A program made the translations under genes and the position numbers. Source: Rikenella sp. (GTDB lineage Bacteria; Bacteroidota; Bacteroidia; Bacteroidales; Rikenellaceae). From it: a stretch of DNA of 64,000 bases. A model generated the notes under the pieces. That model saw nothing but the letters and a program-made list of their open reading frames with translations. It was not told where the DNA came from and ran no database searches. The stretch covers positions 8,753-72,752 of the forward strand of contig JAVBMY010000012.1 of the NCBI GenBank assembly GCA_031551865.1, read 5' to 3'. This document shows positions 52,167 to 62,291 of the stretch, piece after piece; position 1 is the first letter of the stretch, and the number at the start of each line of letters is the position of its first letter.

Positions 52167-53195
52167 CTATTTCAACTTATCGAGGATCTTGCGGATCTCG
52201 GTGCCGGGTGAGCCCTTTTCGTACAGGATGCGGTACATCGCCTCGGTGATCGGCATATCGACACTGAACTTTTCGCGCATGTGGTGGATGCAGCCCGTCG
52301 AGTAGTAACCCTCGGCGATCATGTTCATCTCGATCTGGGCCGCTTTCACGGAATAACCCTTGCCGACCATCACGCCGAAATTGCGGTTGCGGCTGAACTG
52401 CGAGTAGCAGGTCACCAGCAGGTCGCCCAGGTAGGCCGAATCGCAGATGTCGCGGGGGAAGCCGAAGGTCTCGTTCAGGAAGCGCTCCATCTCTTTGGCC
52501 GCGTTGCAGATCAGCAGCGCCGCGAAATTGTCGCCGTAGCCCAGAGCGTGGCAGATGCCTACCGCAATGGCATAGATATTCTTGAGTACCGCCGCATACT
52601 CGGCTCCGTAGATGTCGGTCGAGGTGCTGACGCGCGTGTATTCGGTGGTAAACTTCGTGGCCAGAAAACGGGCCACCTCTTCGTTCTTGCAGACCATGGT
52701 CAGGTACGACAACCGTTCGAGGGCCACCTCTTCGGCGTGGCAGGGCCCCGTAAGGATGCCGATGCGTTCGAACGAAATGCCGTGACGCTGGTTGAGCCAT
52801 TCGGCCACCGTCAGGTAGCCGTCGGGCACGATCCCTTTGATGGCCGACACGATGAAACGGCCGTTCAGGGTCTCGGTCAGCGGTGCGAGGGTGTCGGCGA
52901 TAAACGCCGAAGGAGTGGCCAGGATCACCACCTGGGCGTGACGTACGGCCTCGTTAATGTCGCCCGTCACGGTGAGGCGGGGCGTATCGAAATGCACCTG
53001 CCCCAGGTAACGCGGATTGGTGTGGTGAGAGCGCAGGTGCTCGCGCACCTCGGAGTTGCGGACATACCATACGACACGGTAGTCGTGGGCATGGCAGTTT
53101 TCGAGGAGTATTTTGACGATTGCCGTGGCCCAGCTTCCGTGTCCGATGATCGCGGCGCAGAGGTCTTTGGGCGGGCTTTTGGTTTCGGAGGCCAT
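52167..53195 (-). CDS. gpsA: NAD(P)H-dependent glycerol-3-phosphate dehydrogenase
   Basis: GHGSWATA, GPCHAEE, LKNIYAI, GDLLVTC..SRNR. Confidence 0.95.
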   Translation of the reverse strand: MASETKSPPKDLCAAIIGHGSWATAIVKILLENCHAHDYRVVWYVRNSEVREHLRSHHTNPRYLGQVHFDTPRLTVTGDINEAVRHAQVVILATPSAFIADTLAPLTETLNGRFIVSAIKGIVPDGYLTVAEWLNQRHGISFERIGILTGPCHAEEVALERLSYLTMVCKNEEVARFLATKFTTEYTRVSTSTDIYGAEYAAVLKNIYAIAVGICHALGYGDNFAALLICNAAKEMERFLNETFGFPRDICDSAYLGDLLVTCYSQFSRNRNFGVMVGKGYSVKAAQIEMNMIAEGYYSTGCIHHMREKFSVDMPITEAMYRILYEKGSPGTEIRKILDKLK

Positions 53196-53493
53196 AGGGT
53201 CTTTCGCAAGGGTTTGTACGGAAGGTAAAGGTACGAATTTAGTTGGGAAGCAAAAAACGACGGAAAACAGGAGAACGGCCGGTTGACGCCGCAACTTTCA
53301 CAGAGAAAAAGCGTTCGCCCCCCGACGGGCTACAGGCCCGGGACTATTTCACAGCCTCCTGCCCGCCCGGTACAGATCGCAAACAATCTATACCTTCGAC
53401 ACGGGTGTCGCCCCGCTAAGCGCGCTCATCGCGGCGGCGCCCGGAGCCGCCATTCGCGGAGAAGGGGAGGCTGCGCTCTGGGCGGGGCCGGCC

Positions 53494-54945
53494 CTACAGC
53501 AACCGCCGCCCGGCTTCATCGTACTGCGAGCTGTCGAGCCGAAGCGCCACGAACAGCAGGATCGAGAAGGCCAGCAACGACGACCCGCCGTAGCTGAAGA
53601 ACGGCAGCGGAATCCCCGCCACGGGGAAAATTCCCAGCACCATCGCGATATTGATGGCGAAGTGCATGAACAGGATCGACGCCACACAATAGCAATATAT
53701 CCGGGAGAAAGGCTCCTTCTGGCGTTCGCCCATCGCGACCAGACGCCACACCAGCAGGCAGTAGAGAATCACCACGAAAGCCGATCCGGCAAAGCCCCAC
53801 TCTTCGCCCACGGTACAGAATATGAAGTCGGTGCTCTGTTCGGGGACGAAGTTGAACCGGGTCTGGGTGCCGTTCAGGAAACCCTTGCCGACGGCACCGC
53901 CCGAGCCGATGGCGATCTTCGACTGGATCACGTTGTAACTCCAGCCGTGCGGGTCTTTTTCGATACCCAGCATATCGTAGATGCGTTTCTGTTGGTGGGG
54001 CTGGAGGATATGGTCGAAAGCGAAGTCCACCGAAGCTGTGAACAGCAACGAACCCGCGAAGATTCCCAGAAAGATCCAGATATTCCGCAGATGGCGGCGG
54101 ACCGCATAGGCGATCACCACCGGAAGCGAAAGCACTATCCCCGCCGCCACCGAAGTCAACAGCGGGAGCGGGTAACCGGCCAGAGGGGCGAACATGTGGA
54201 CAAGGCTCGCCAGGAGCAGCACCAGCGCCAGGTAACGCACCGTGTCGCGCCAATTACGGTTCACCATCCCCTGCGCCGCCAGGCAGAGCAGGAAGAGCCC
54301 GGCCAGCAGAACCAACGGATGCAAGAGGAACGAAGCCAAGAACAGGAGTGCGAAGGCGATGGTCAGGTAAAGCGGGGTGGCGCATCCCTCGCGGTAGAGC
54401 ATGATGAAAAAGGCGGCGAAGACCATGGCCGACCCGGTGTCGTTCTGCAACAGGATCAGCGCGATGGGGATGGCGGTAATCAGCCCTACGTAATACAGCG
54501 ACCTGAGCGATTTGATGTTGAAGGTATAGGCGCTCATGTAGCGCGCCAGGGCGAGGGCTGTGACGAATTTCATGAATTCGACGGGCTGGATCCTCACCCG
54601 GCCGAGCGATATCCACGCCCTGGCGCCGTTCACTTCGGTACCGAACAGCAGCACGGCGAGCATCACCACTAACCCGAAAAAGTAGAGGGGATAGGAGAAC
54701 ATGTGCCAATACTTGGCGTCGAACAGCAAGACCGAGATGCCGGCAAAGATGCTGATCCCCACCCACAGCAGTTGCATCCCGGCGCGGGTCGAGAGGTCGA
54801 ACATGCCGGGGTGGTCTTCGTCGAACACGGCGGCGTAGACGTTCAGCCAGCCGAACAGCACGAGCAACAAGTAGATGCCGATGACGGTCCAGTCGACGTC
54901 GGCGGCAAACAGGCGGTTGCGGCTATATTGGGGTTCTTGGGGCAT
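53494..54945 (-). CDS. rodA: Rod shape-determining SEDS protein
   Basis: IQPVEFMK, QSKIAIGSGG..GKG, TDFIF..GEEWGF, GIPLPFFSYGGSS; follows mrdA. Confidence 0.95.
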   Translation of the reverse strand: MPQEPQYSRNRLFAADVDWTVIGIYLLLVLFGWLNVYAAVFDEDHPGMFDLSTRAGMQLLWVGISIFAGISVLLFDAKYWHMFSYPLYFFGLVVMLAVLLFGTEVNGARAWISLGRVRIQPVEFMKFVTALALARYMSAYTFNIKSLRSLYYVGLITAIPIALILLQNDTGSAMVFAAFFIMLYREGCATPLYLTIAFALLFLASFLLHPLVLLAGLFLLCLAAQGMVNRNWRDTVRYLALVLLLASLVHMFAPLAGYPLPLLTSVAAGIVLSLPVVIAYAVRRHLRNIWIFLGIFAGSLLFTASVDFAFDHILQPHQQKRIYDMLGIEKDPHGWSYNVIQSKIAIGSGGAVGKGFLNGTQTRFNFVPEQSTDFIFCTVGEEWGFAGSAFVVILYCLLVWRLVAMGERQKEPFSRIYCYCVASILFMHFAINIAMVLGIFPVAGIPLPFFSYGGSSLLAFSILLFVALRLDSSQYDEAGRRLL

Positions 54946-55253
54946 TTTATTAATTTGTCGACGATTGTTATTCACGGCCCTTGCTACGCGGGGGAGGGGT
55001 AATGAGGGGAGGTGGCATAACCCCTGCAACCATTCAGCGTTTAGGTCGGCTAATGTGGCTCTGCTCACGCACAACAAAAGTAGAAGCAGCGCCCTGAAGC
55101 GGGGGTTGGCCAAGGGGGCTGCCGCCCCCTTGTATTCGCTTTTGGCTACTTTTGTCGAATAACAAAAGTAGCTGCGGTCCGCGGCACACGCGGGTCGGAG
55201 AGAAGACCTAAAGGAACGTTCAAACGATAAGAAGACATCTTGCTACGACAAAA

Positions 55254-55316
55254 GAGATTGCTTCCCACCGGAGTTTATCCTGAGCGAAGCCGAAGGAGCT
55301 CTCCGCAATAACGAAA
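55254..55316 (+). repeat. REP arm with nested E module; inverted partner of 58731-58790
   Basis: 55268-55301 is the exact reverse complement of 58746-58779. Confidence 0.9.
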
Positions 55317-55338
55317 GAATCCGCCGTGTGCGGTCACA

Positions 55339-57168
55339 CTACCTATACGTCCTCCCGTAGTCGATCTTCATCCACTCCATTTCGCGCACCAGGTCGGGAC
55401 GGCTGATGGTGCCCGTGAGGTACTTCTCGACGATCAGGCTGGCGATCGGGGCGGCCGCCGTGGCCCCCCACTGGCCGTGCTCCACGTAGACCGACACCAC
55501 AATCTTCGGGTTGTCGCGCGGTGCGAAGCACAGGAACGTCGAGTGGTCGCGTCCCTGCGGATTCTGGGCCGTACCCGTTTTGCCGCAGATGTCGAGGCCC
55601 GGTACGCGGGCGCGCAGGTAACCCGTTCCGGCCACGTTCACCCCCTGCCACATCCCCTCGATGATCGGCTCGAAGTGCCTGGACTCGACTTTCGTATAGT
55701 GTTTCTGGTAGAAGCGGGCGTCTATCGAGTCGCGTCCTTCGATCTTTTTGACCACGTGCGGCGGATAGTAGAAGCCGCGGTTGGCGATGATGGCGCCGAG
55801 GTTGGCCAGCTGGAGCGGCGTGGTGCCCAACTCGCCCTGCCCGATGGCCAGAGAAATGACCGTGAGCGAATTCCAGCGGCCGTTGTATTTGCGTTTGTAG
55901 TAGTCCGAGGTGGGCACGCTACCGTTGAGCTCGTCGAGAAAATCGGAGCCTAGGTTGCGGCCGAAGCCGAAACTCTCCACGTAGTCGTACCAGACGTCGA
56001 ACCCGCCTTTCATGGCCGAGCCTCCGGCCGCAGGGTTGTCCATCACGTCGCGCATCACGTAACAGAAATAGGCATTGCACGACTGCGCAGTGGCGTCGAT
56101 CAGGTTCAGCGGCGAGTAGTGGCTGTGGCAGCCCACGTTCCGCCCCACGGCCACTTCGTAGCCGCCGTGACAGGGGTGTTTGTCGGTCGGTTTGAGCACG
56201 CCCTCCTGCAGGCCGATCAGGCCGGTCACAAGTTTGAACACCGACCCCGGCGGGTAGCGCGACATCACGGCCCGGTTGAACAGGGGTTTGCCGGGCTCGT
56301 AGAGCATTTTCATATAATTGTTTCCGCGGTCGCGCCCGGTGAGCAGGTCGGGGTCGTACGAAGGCGAGCTGGCCATCACGAGGATCTCACCGGTCGCGGG
56401 CTCGATGGCCACCACGCTACCGATCTTGCCGGCCATCAGGCTTTCGGCGAATTCCTGGAGCGAGGCGTCGATGGTCGAGGTGATCGCCAACCCGGGTTCG
56501 GGCAGGGTGTCGTGCGCCCCGTTCTCGTAGGAGCCCTGGGGGACGCCGTAGACGTCGACCAGTTCGACTCTCACGCCTTTGCGGCCGCGCAGGTACTCTT
56601 CGTAGGAGCGCTCGATGCCGCTCTTTCCGATGTAGTCTCCGGAGCGGTAATAGTCGTTGCGTTCGATGTCGCGATCGTCCACCTCGCCGACGTATCCCAG
56701 CAGGTTACCCGCGATCTTGCGCGGGTAGGTACGGGAAGTACGGTATTGGGTATAGAAGCCGGCGATGGGCTGTTCGTCGAGCCTGAGTTTGACCTCTTTG
56801 GGCAGTTGCTTGAAGATCACCGAGGGTTTGCGGCGGGAGTAGACGCGGGCCTTGTCGAGCTCGCGGCGGATGTCCTCGACCTGAACGCCCAAGGTGGCGG
56901 CCAGCCTCAGGGTATCGAAGGGCTCGACGTCGCGCGGGATCACGAGCAGGTCGTAGGAGTCTTTGCTCTGCACCAGAAACTCGCCGTTGCGGTCGTAAAC
57001 CACGCCGCGCGGCGGGTATTGCACCATGTAGCGCATGGCATTGTCGCGGGCCCCCCGCTTGGTGTCGCTGTCGATGATCTGCAACCAGAACAGCCGCCCG
57101 ATGAGTACGAGGCTCACCACGGCGAACGACAGTTGTATGATGCGGGCGCGGTTGCGTTCGTTTCGCAT
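55339..57168 (-). CDS. mrdA: Penicillin-binding protein 2
   Basis: YPPGSVFK, SCN, KTGTAQN. Confidence 0.95.
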   Translation of the reverse strand: MRNERNRARIIQLSFAVVSLVLIGRLFWLQIIDSDTKRGARDNAMRYMVQYPPRGVVYDRNGEFLVQSKDSYDLLVIPRDVEPFDTLRLAATLGVQVEDIRRELDKARVYSRRKPSVIFKQLPKEVKLRLDEQPIAGFYTQYRTSRTYPRKIAGNLLGYVGEVDDRDIERNDYYRSGDYIGKSGIERSYEEYLRGRKGVRVELVDVYGVPQGSYENGAHDTLPEPGLAITSTIDASLQEFAESLMAGKIGSVVAIEPATGEILVMASSPSYDPDLLTGRDRGNNYMKMLYEPGKPLFNRAVMSRYPPGSVFKLVTGLIGLQEGVLKPTDKHPCHGGYEVAVGRNVGCHSHYSPLNLIDATAQSCNAYFCYVMRDVMDNPAAGGSAMKGGFDVWYDYVESFGFGRNLGSDFLDELNGSVPTSDYYKRKYNGRWNSLTVISLAIGQGELGTTPLQLANLGAIIANRGFYYPPHVVKKIEGRDSIDARFYQKHYTKVESRHFEPIIEGMWQGVNVAGTGYLRARVPGLDICGKTGTAQNPQGRDHSTFLCFAPRDNPKIVVSVYVEHGQWGATAAAPIASLIVEKYLTGTISRPDLVREMEWMKIDYGRTYR

Positions 57169-57171
57169 AGG

Positions 57172-57693
57172 TTAGGCCTTTCTGTAGGTGGCTTTCGTAT
57201 GGTTAAACGGCAGGTGCAGGAAATATATTACGGCGGTGACCAGGACAGTGCTGAAAATAATGCGCATCAGGATTACCCAGAAGGCGCCGTTGGGGTCTTC
57301 GAGCAGGAAGAAGGGGACATTGAACAGCAAGGTCATCACGGCCACGTAGCGAATGAACCTCCAGGTGCCCACGCGCCCCGCCACAGGCAGCCCGCCATCG
57401 GAGACGATCTCTTTGCCGAGCATGAAGTTGGCCGTAGCGGGCCGGACGAAGGCCAGCCATGTCGCTACCATGGCGTGCAGGCCAGGGGTACCGGCCAGCA
57501 GGTCCATCACCAGGCCGGTGGCGAATCCGAGCACGAGCAGCAGCCAGCCTTCGGTGGCCAGCGGCAGCATGATGATGAACATGATGTAGATGTACGGGCT
57601 GGTCAGCACGCCGAAGTTGATGTTGTCGAACACGAACTCCTGCAACGCGACAAGCAGCACGAAAGCCAGCAGGTATTGTAGGAAACTGCGCAT
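57172..57693 (-). CDS. mreD: Rod shape-determining protein MreD
   Basis: Hydrophobic; GLVMDL..TPGLHA; synteny. Confidence 0.85.
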   Translation of the reverse strand: MRSFLQYLLAFVLLVALQEFVFDNINFGVLTSPYIYIMFIIMLPLATEGWLLLVLGFATGLVMDLLAGTPGLHAMVATWLAFVRPATANFMLGKEIVSDGGLPVAGRVGTWRFIRYVAVMTLLFNVPFFLLEDPNGAFWVILMRIIFSTVLVTAVIYFLHLPFNHTKATYRKA

Positions 57694-57705
57694 ATCGGGG
57701 AACTG

Positions 57706-58725
57706 TTATATTCCGGGGGTTCCGGTGTTTTCCGGGGTAGTCTCGCCGCCGGACGTTTCGCTTGCGGCGCCGGAGTCGGCGTCGCGCCCGGGTTGGTCGG
57801 GAGCGGCGGCTTCGCGGTTCACGGGCTGGGGGACGGGACGGTTGGGGTCGAACGAGCGGTCGCCCTGCCCGGGACGGGTGTAGGGGGCGGGCTCGGCGGT
57901 TTCGTTATAGTAGGCATTCTCAAGCAGGCGGCGCTCCTGTTCGTCGTAGTATTTCACGGCGTAGACGTTGCGCACCTGTGCGAGGTCGGCGAAGAGCCGC
58001 ACGCGGAGTTTGTAGAAGGTGCCGTTGATGAGTTCGTAATCGGCGATGGTGCCGATGGGCACGCCGGGCGGGAAGATGCCGGAGTGTTCGGTGGTGACGA
58101 TGGTGTCGCCGGGAGCCATCGAGGCGTATTTGGGAATCTCGTCGAGGATCACCTCGCGGAAACTCATGCCGTCCCAGTAGATCGAGCCGTAAAAATCGCT
58201 GCCCTGGATGCGGCCGCTGGTGCGGAATTTGGTGTTGAGCACCGACATGGCCACCGAATAGTTGTCGGAACATTGCACGACGTAACCCACGATGCCGCCG
58301 GGACTGACGAGGGCCATGTTGGGCTGCATTCCCTGCAGGGCTCCCTGGTCGAGGATGATGTAGTTCTCACGCTTGGTGATGCGGTTTCGAATGATCCGCA
58401 CGGGCTGGTACTGGTAGTATTGCAACAGGCCGGACACGGGAAGCGTGTCAGCAGCCAGCGCGGCGGCGTGGCGGCAAGTTTCGAGTTCGGTACGCAGGAC
58501 GGCGATCTCGCTGCGGAGCTGTTCGTTGTCGGTGCGCAGGCCGAAATAGTTTCCGACGGCGGCGGCACGGGCATAGAAGAAGTTGGTGACTTTGCCCGAA
58601 AGACTGAGCCAGCGGGCCTCGTACTGGACGTTGCTGTGCACGAAAACACTGACCGCTATCGCTTCGAGCACGATAAACAGCAGTACGAAGTGTATTTTCC
58701 TAAGGAATAATAGGAACCGGATCAT
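57706..58725 (-). CDS. mreC: Rod shape-determining protein MreC
   Basis: TM plus coiled coil; GIVG, GDTIVT..SGIFPPGVPIG. Confidence 0.92.
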   Translation of the reverse strand: MIRFLLFLRKIHFVLLFIVLEAIAVSVFVHSNVQYEARWLSLSGKVTNFFYARAAAVGNYFGLRTDNEQLRSEIAVLRTELETCRHAAALAADTLPVSGLLQYYQYQPVRIIRNRITKRENYIILDQGALQGMQPNMALVSPGGIVGYVVQCSDNYSVAMSVLNTKFRTSGRIQGSDFYGSIYWDGMSFREVILDEIPKYASMAPGDTIVTTEHSGIFPPGVPIGTIADYELINGTFYKLRVRLFADLAQVRNVYAVKYYDEQERRLLENAYYNETAEPAPYTRPGQGDRSFDPNRPVPQPVNREAAAPDQPGRDADSGAASETSGGETTPENTGTPGI

Positions 58726-58730
58726 TATAT

Positions 58731-59050
58731 TTTCGTCATTGCGAGGAGCTCCTTCGGCTTCGCTCAGGATAAACTCCGGCGACGAAGCATCCTTATGCGG
58801 CTTCTTTGCCGCCCGGGTGTTTTTTACTGTCTCCCCTCTCTGATCCGCGTATGTCGCGGACTGCGTGGCGGCCGCGCGCAGAGCGCGGCCAGATTTTCGG
58901 CCTCGGCGCAGCAAAGCGGGTATAGCGGCCACCCGCGACGCGTAAAACGCGCTCGCCGGGTGCGGGTGCCCGATTCTTTTCGGAGGCGCGGTTCCCGGTT
59001 GCGGAGCCTGTGCCGAGCTCAGTCGAGGAATCTCCTCGCAGTAACAGGCG
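58731..59050 (-). repeat. REP arm with nested E module plus reverse-oriented mosaic fragments
   Basis: cgtcattgcgaggagc[..]gcgacgaagca; the reverse complement of 58965-58985 resembles 22610-22634. Confidence 0.75.
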
Positions 59051-59091
59051 CCTCCGCCCCACTCCCTTCAGCTTCACTTTCTTGTTTTCAA

Positions 59092-59244
59092 GGGTTGCGA
59101 GGTAGGGGTTTCAAAAAAGGACCCGACGCGGTGCGAGGACATGAGCGCGGGTAGCGTCGCTGTTTTTTTGAGTTCCCTCCCCGCCAACCCGTACTTCCCC
59201 AACAAGAAAGCATAAAAAATCGTTTCCCGATTTTTTATGCTTTC
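59092..59244 (+). repeat. L-element copy 3 plus S hairpin
   Basis: Imperfect stem 59092-59118/59164-59190 around the conserved loop; 17-bp S hairpin 59206-59244. Confidence 0.85.
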
Positions 59245-59252
59245 CCTCCTTT

Positions 59253-60275
59253 CTACCGCATCAGGAACGAGAAACGGTCGATGTTCTTGAGGGCGATGCC
59301 GGTGCCTCGGGCCACGGCGCGCAGCGGGTCTTCCGACACGTGGAACTTGATGCGGGTCTTCTGGTAGAGGCGCTTGTCGAGCCCGCGCAGGAGCGCGCCG
59401 CCGCCGGCCAGATAGACGCCGTTCTTCACGATGTCGGAATAGAGTTCCGGCGGGATCTTTTCGAGCACCTTCATGATGGCGGTGTCCATCTTCATGAGCG
59501 ACTTGTCGAGCGCTCGGGCGATCTCCTTGTACGAGATGGGCACTTCGAGCGGCAGCGCCGTGATGATGTTCGGGCCGCGCACGATGTAGTCTTCGGGCGG
59601 GGTATCGAGGTTATCGATCGCCGCGCCGACTTCGATCTTGATCTCTTCGGCGGTGCGTTCGCCGATCTTGATGTTGTGCTGCTGTCGCATGTAGGCCTGG
59701 ATATCTTCGGTGAAGACGTCGCCCGCCACGTTGATGCTCTCGTTGCAGACGATACCGCCGAGCGAGATCACGGCCACTTCGGTCGTGCCCCCCCCGATGT
59801 CGACTACCATGTGGCCCTGCGGGGCCTCGACGTCGAGGCCCATCCCGAGGGCGGCGGCCATCGGTTCGAAGATCATGTAGACTTCGCGCCCCCCGGCGTG
59901 TTCGGCCGAGTCGCGCACGGCGCGGATCTCGACGTTGGTCGAGCCGCTGGGGATGCAGACCACCATGCGGAGCGAGGGGCTGAACATGGTGTTGCGCGAT
60001 TTGATCATCTTGATCATGCCGCGGATCATGAGTTCGGCGGCCGTGAAGTCGGCGATCACGCCGTCGCGCAGCGGGCGGATGGTCTTGATGTTCTGGTGCG
60101 TTTTGCCGTGCATGCGGCGGGCTTCGTTGCCGATGGCCACGAGCTTGTTGGTGTGCTGGTCTATGGCGACGATCGAGGGTTCATCGACCACGATCTTGTC
60201 GTTGTAGATGATCACCGTGTTGGCGGTACCGAGGTCCATGGCCAACTCCTGCGTCAGGAATGAAAATAGTCCCAT
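59253..60275 (-). CDS. mreB: Actin-like MreB
   Basis: DLGTANT, EPS, PLRDGVIADF, DIGGGTTE, GGGALL. Confidence 0.97.
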   Translation of the reverse strand: MGLFSFLTQELAMDLGTANTVIIYNDKIVVDEPSIVAIDQHTNKLVAIGNEARRMHGKTHQNIKTIRPLRDGVIADFTAAELMIRGMIKMIKSRNTMFSPSLRMVVCIPSGSTNVEIRAVRDSAEHAGGREVYMIFEPMAAALGMGLDVEAPQGHMVVDIGGGTTEVAVISLGGIVCNESINVAGDVFTEDIQAYMRQQHNIKIGERTAEEIKIEVGAAIDNLDTPPEDYIVRGPNIITALPLEVPISYKEIARALDKSLMKMDTAIMKVLEKIPPELYSDIVKNGVYLAGGGALLRGLDKRLYQKTRIKFHVSEDPLRAVARGTGIALKNIDRFSFLMR

Positions 60276-60350
60276 TGTGTTTTTGGTGTTTTTAGGTATT
60301 CAGGATTCGGAACCGGCGCGTTCCGGCGTTCGGTTATTGTTTTGTATGCC

Positions 60351-60482
60351 GAGAATTTCGCACCCGCCCCCCTTTAGGGCGGGCGCGCTCCTTCGCCTCA
60401 GCCGCTTACGCGACTAAAGGCTCAGTCGATACGGCCCCTACGGGGCCGCCGTGCCGCTCGCTCAACGCTCGCGGCCGCTAAG
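60351..60482 (+). repeat. Mosaic repeat (B, C)
   Basis: cccgccccctttagggcgggcgcg; 33-bp C module identical to 30333-30365. Confidence 0.88.
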
Positions 60483-60486
60483 CCCC

Positions 60487-62025
60487 TTAGTGTTTGAAGT
60501 GGCGCAGGCCCGTGAAGAGCATCGCCATGCCGTTGGCGTCGCAGTATTCGATGGTGTCGGCGTCGCGCACCGATCCGCCGGGCTGGATCAGCGTGTCGAT
60601 TCCTTCGGCGTGGGCAATTTCGGCGCAGTCGGCGAAGGGGAAGAAAGCGTCGGAGGCAAGCACCGCGCCGCGCAGGTCGAACCCGAACGCGTGCGCCTTG
60701 GCGATGGCCTGCTTGAGTGCGTCCACACGCGAGGTTTGTCCGATACCACTGGCCAGCATCTGGCCGCCCTTGGCCAGCACGATGGCGTTCGACTTGGAGT
60801 GTTTCACGATCTTGTTGGCGAAGATCAGGTCGCGCAACTGCCCGTCACTCACGCCCTTTTGAGTAACCTGTTGCGGCTCGGAATCCTGGCCCCCGACTTT
60901 GTCGTCGGGTTGCTGGACGGCCACTCCGCCGAGCAGCGAACGGAACCTGGGCGCCGCCGAAGGCTTGAGGGCTTCGAGGGTAAGTTCGAGGATGATGCGG
61001 TTCTTTTTGGATTGCAGGATTTCCTGGGCTTCGGGCGCATAGTCCGGCGCGAGGATCACCTCGAAGAAGAGTTCGTTGATGCGTTCGGCGGTCGCCTTGT
61101 CGACGGGGCGGTTGGCGATCAGCACGCCGCCGAAGGCCGACACGGGGTCGCCCGCCAGCGCCTCGGTCCACGCTTCGAGCAGCGTGGGGCGCACGGCCAC
61201 CCCGCAGGCATTGTTGTGCTTGAGGATGGCGAACGCTGGGTCGCCGGCGGCGAATTCTGACATCAGGGCGATGGCCGCGTCGATGTCGAGCATGTTGTTG
61301 TACGAAATTTCCTTGCCCCACACCTGCACGAACATTTTGTCCAACGAGCCGTAGAAGGTGGCCGCCTGGTGGGGGTTCTCGCCGTAGCGCAGGGGCATGG
61401 CGGTGGTTTCGCTGGATTTGAAGGCCGGAAGGGCCTCGGCGCGGTTGAAATAGTTGAAAATCGCGCTGTCGTAGTGCGAGCTGACGTTGAACGCATGGGC
61501 GGCGAAGCGGCGGCGCTGTTCGAGGGTGGTGGCTCCTCCCTGCGCTTTCAGCAGTCCGAGGAGTTCGGCGTATTGCGCAACGCTCGGAACGATGACCACG
61601 TCTTTGAAGTTTTTGGCGGCGGCGCGGATGAGCGAGATACCACCGATGTCGATCTTCTCGATGATCTGCTGCTCGGTGGCGCCGGGCGTGGCCACGGTCT
61701 GCTCGAAGGGGTAGAGGTCGACGATCACCAGGTCGATCTCGGGGATCTCGTACTGGCCGAGCGAGGCGATGTCCTCGGGATTTTCGCGGCGGGCCAGGAT
61801 GCCGCCGAACACTTTGGGATGCAGGGTCTTGACCCTTCCGCCGAGGATCGACGGGTAGCCGGTCAGGCCTTCGACGGGATGGGCCTTCACGCCGAGGCTT
61901 TCGATGAAAGTCTGCGTGCCTCCGGTGGAATATATAGCGACCCCGTTTTTGTCGAGTTCGCGGATGATTTCGTCGAGTCCGTCTTTGTAAAATACCGAAA
62001 TGAGTGCGCCTTTGATCTTTTTCAT
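60487..62025 (-). CDS. purH: Bifunctional AICAR transformylase/IMP cyclohydrolase
   Basis: GGRVKTLHP, IDIGG, LRYGENPHQ, SDAFFPF, RHFKH. Confidence 0.97.
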   Translation of the reverse strand: MKKIKGALISVFYKDGLDEIIRELDKNGVAIYSTGGTQTFIESLGVKAHPVEGLTGYPSILGGRVKTLHPKVFGGILARRENPEDIASLGQYEIPEIDLVIVDLYPFEQTVATPGATEQQIIEKIDIGGISLIRAAAKNFKDVVIVPSVAQYAELLGLLKAQGGATTLEQRRRFAAHAFNVSSHYDSAIFNYFNRAEALPAFKSSETTAMPLRYGENPHQAATFYGSLDKMFVQVWGKEISYNNMLDIDAAIALMSEFAAGDPAFAILKHNNACGVAVRPTLLEAWTEALAGDPVSAFGGVLIANRPVDKATAERINELFFEVILAPDYAPEAQEILQSKKNRIILELTLEALKPSAAPRFRSLLGGVAVQQPDDKVGGQDSEPQQVTQKGVSDGQLRDLIFANKIVKHSKSNAIVLAKGGQMLASGIGQTSRVDALKQAIAKAHAFGFDLRGAVLASDAFFPFADCAEIAHAEGIDTLIQPGGSVRDADTIEYCDANGMAMLFTGLRHFKH

Positions 62026-62064
62026 GGTTATCGTTTGGAGGGGTAGGTATGCGTGACTTTTTTC

Positions 62065-62193
62065 ATGTCATCCCGAGCGGTGCGTCCGAGCACCCCGGTG
62101 ATTTTCTCATGTCACCCCGAGCGTAGCCGAGGGAACTTTTCAATGAGTAAAAGGAAAACGTCGATGACGCCCCGGCTTCGCTCGGGATGACAT
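62065..62193. repeat. GTCA-type REP cluster in the purH leader
   Basis: atgtcatcccgagcg; atgtcaccccgagcgtagccgaggg; cggcttcgctcgggatgacat (compare 24454). Confidence 0.85.
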
Positions 62194-62241
62194 TTGGAAT
62201 GGCGACTGCGCTTCAAAATGGCGCTTTTCCAGCCTAATGGG

Positions 62242-62270
62242 CAAAGATACGTATTTTGTGCCTATATTTG
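62242..62270. promoter_or_regulatory. Back-to-back Bacteroidetes -7 elements (purH and mqnC)
   Basis: TATCTTTG on minus (62242-62249) and TATATTTG on plus (62263-62270). Confidence 0.65.
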
Positions 62271-62291
62271 AGATTCCGTAAGGACTATTTT

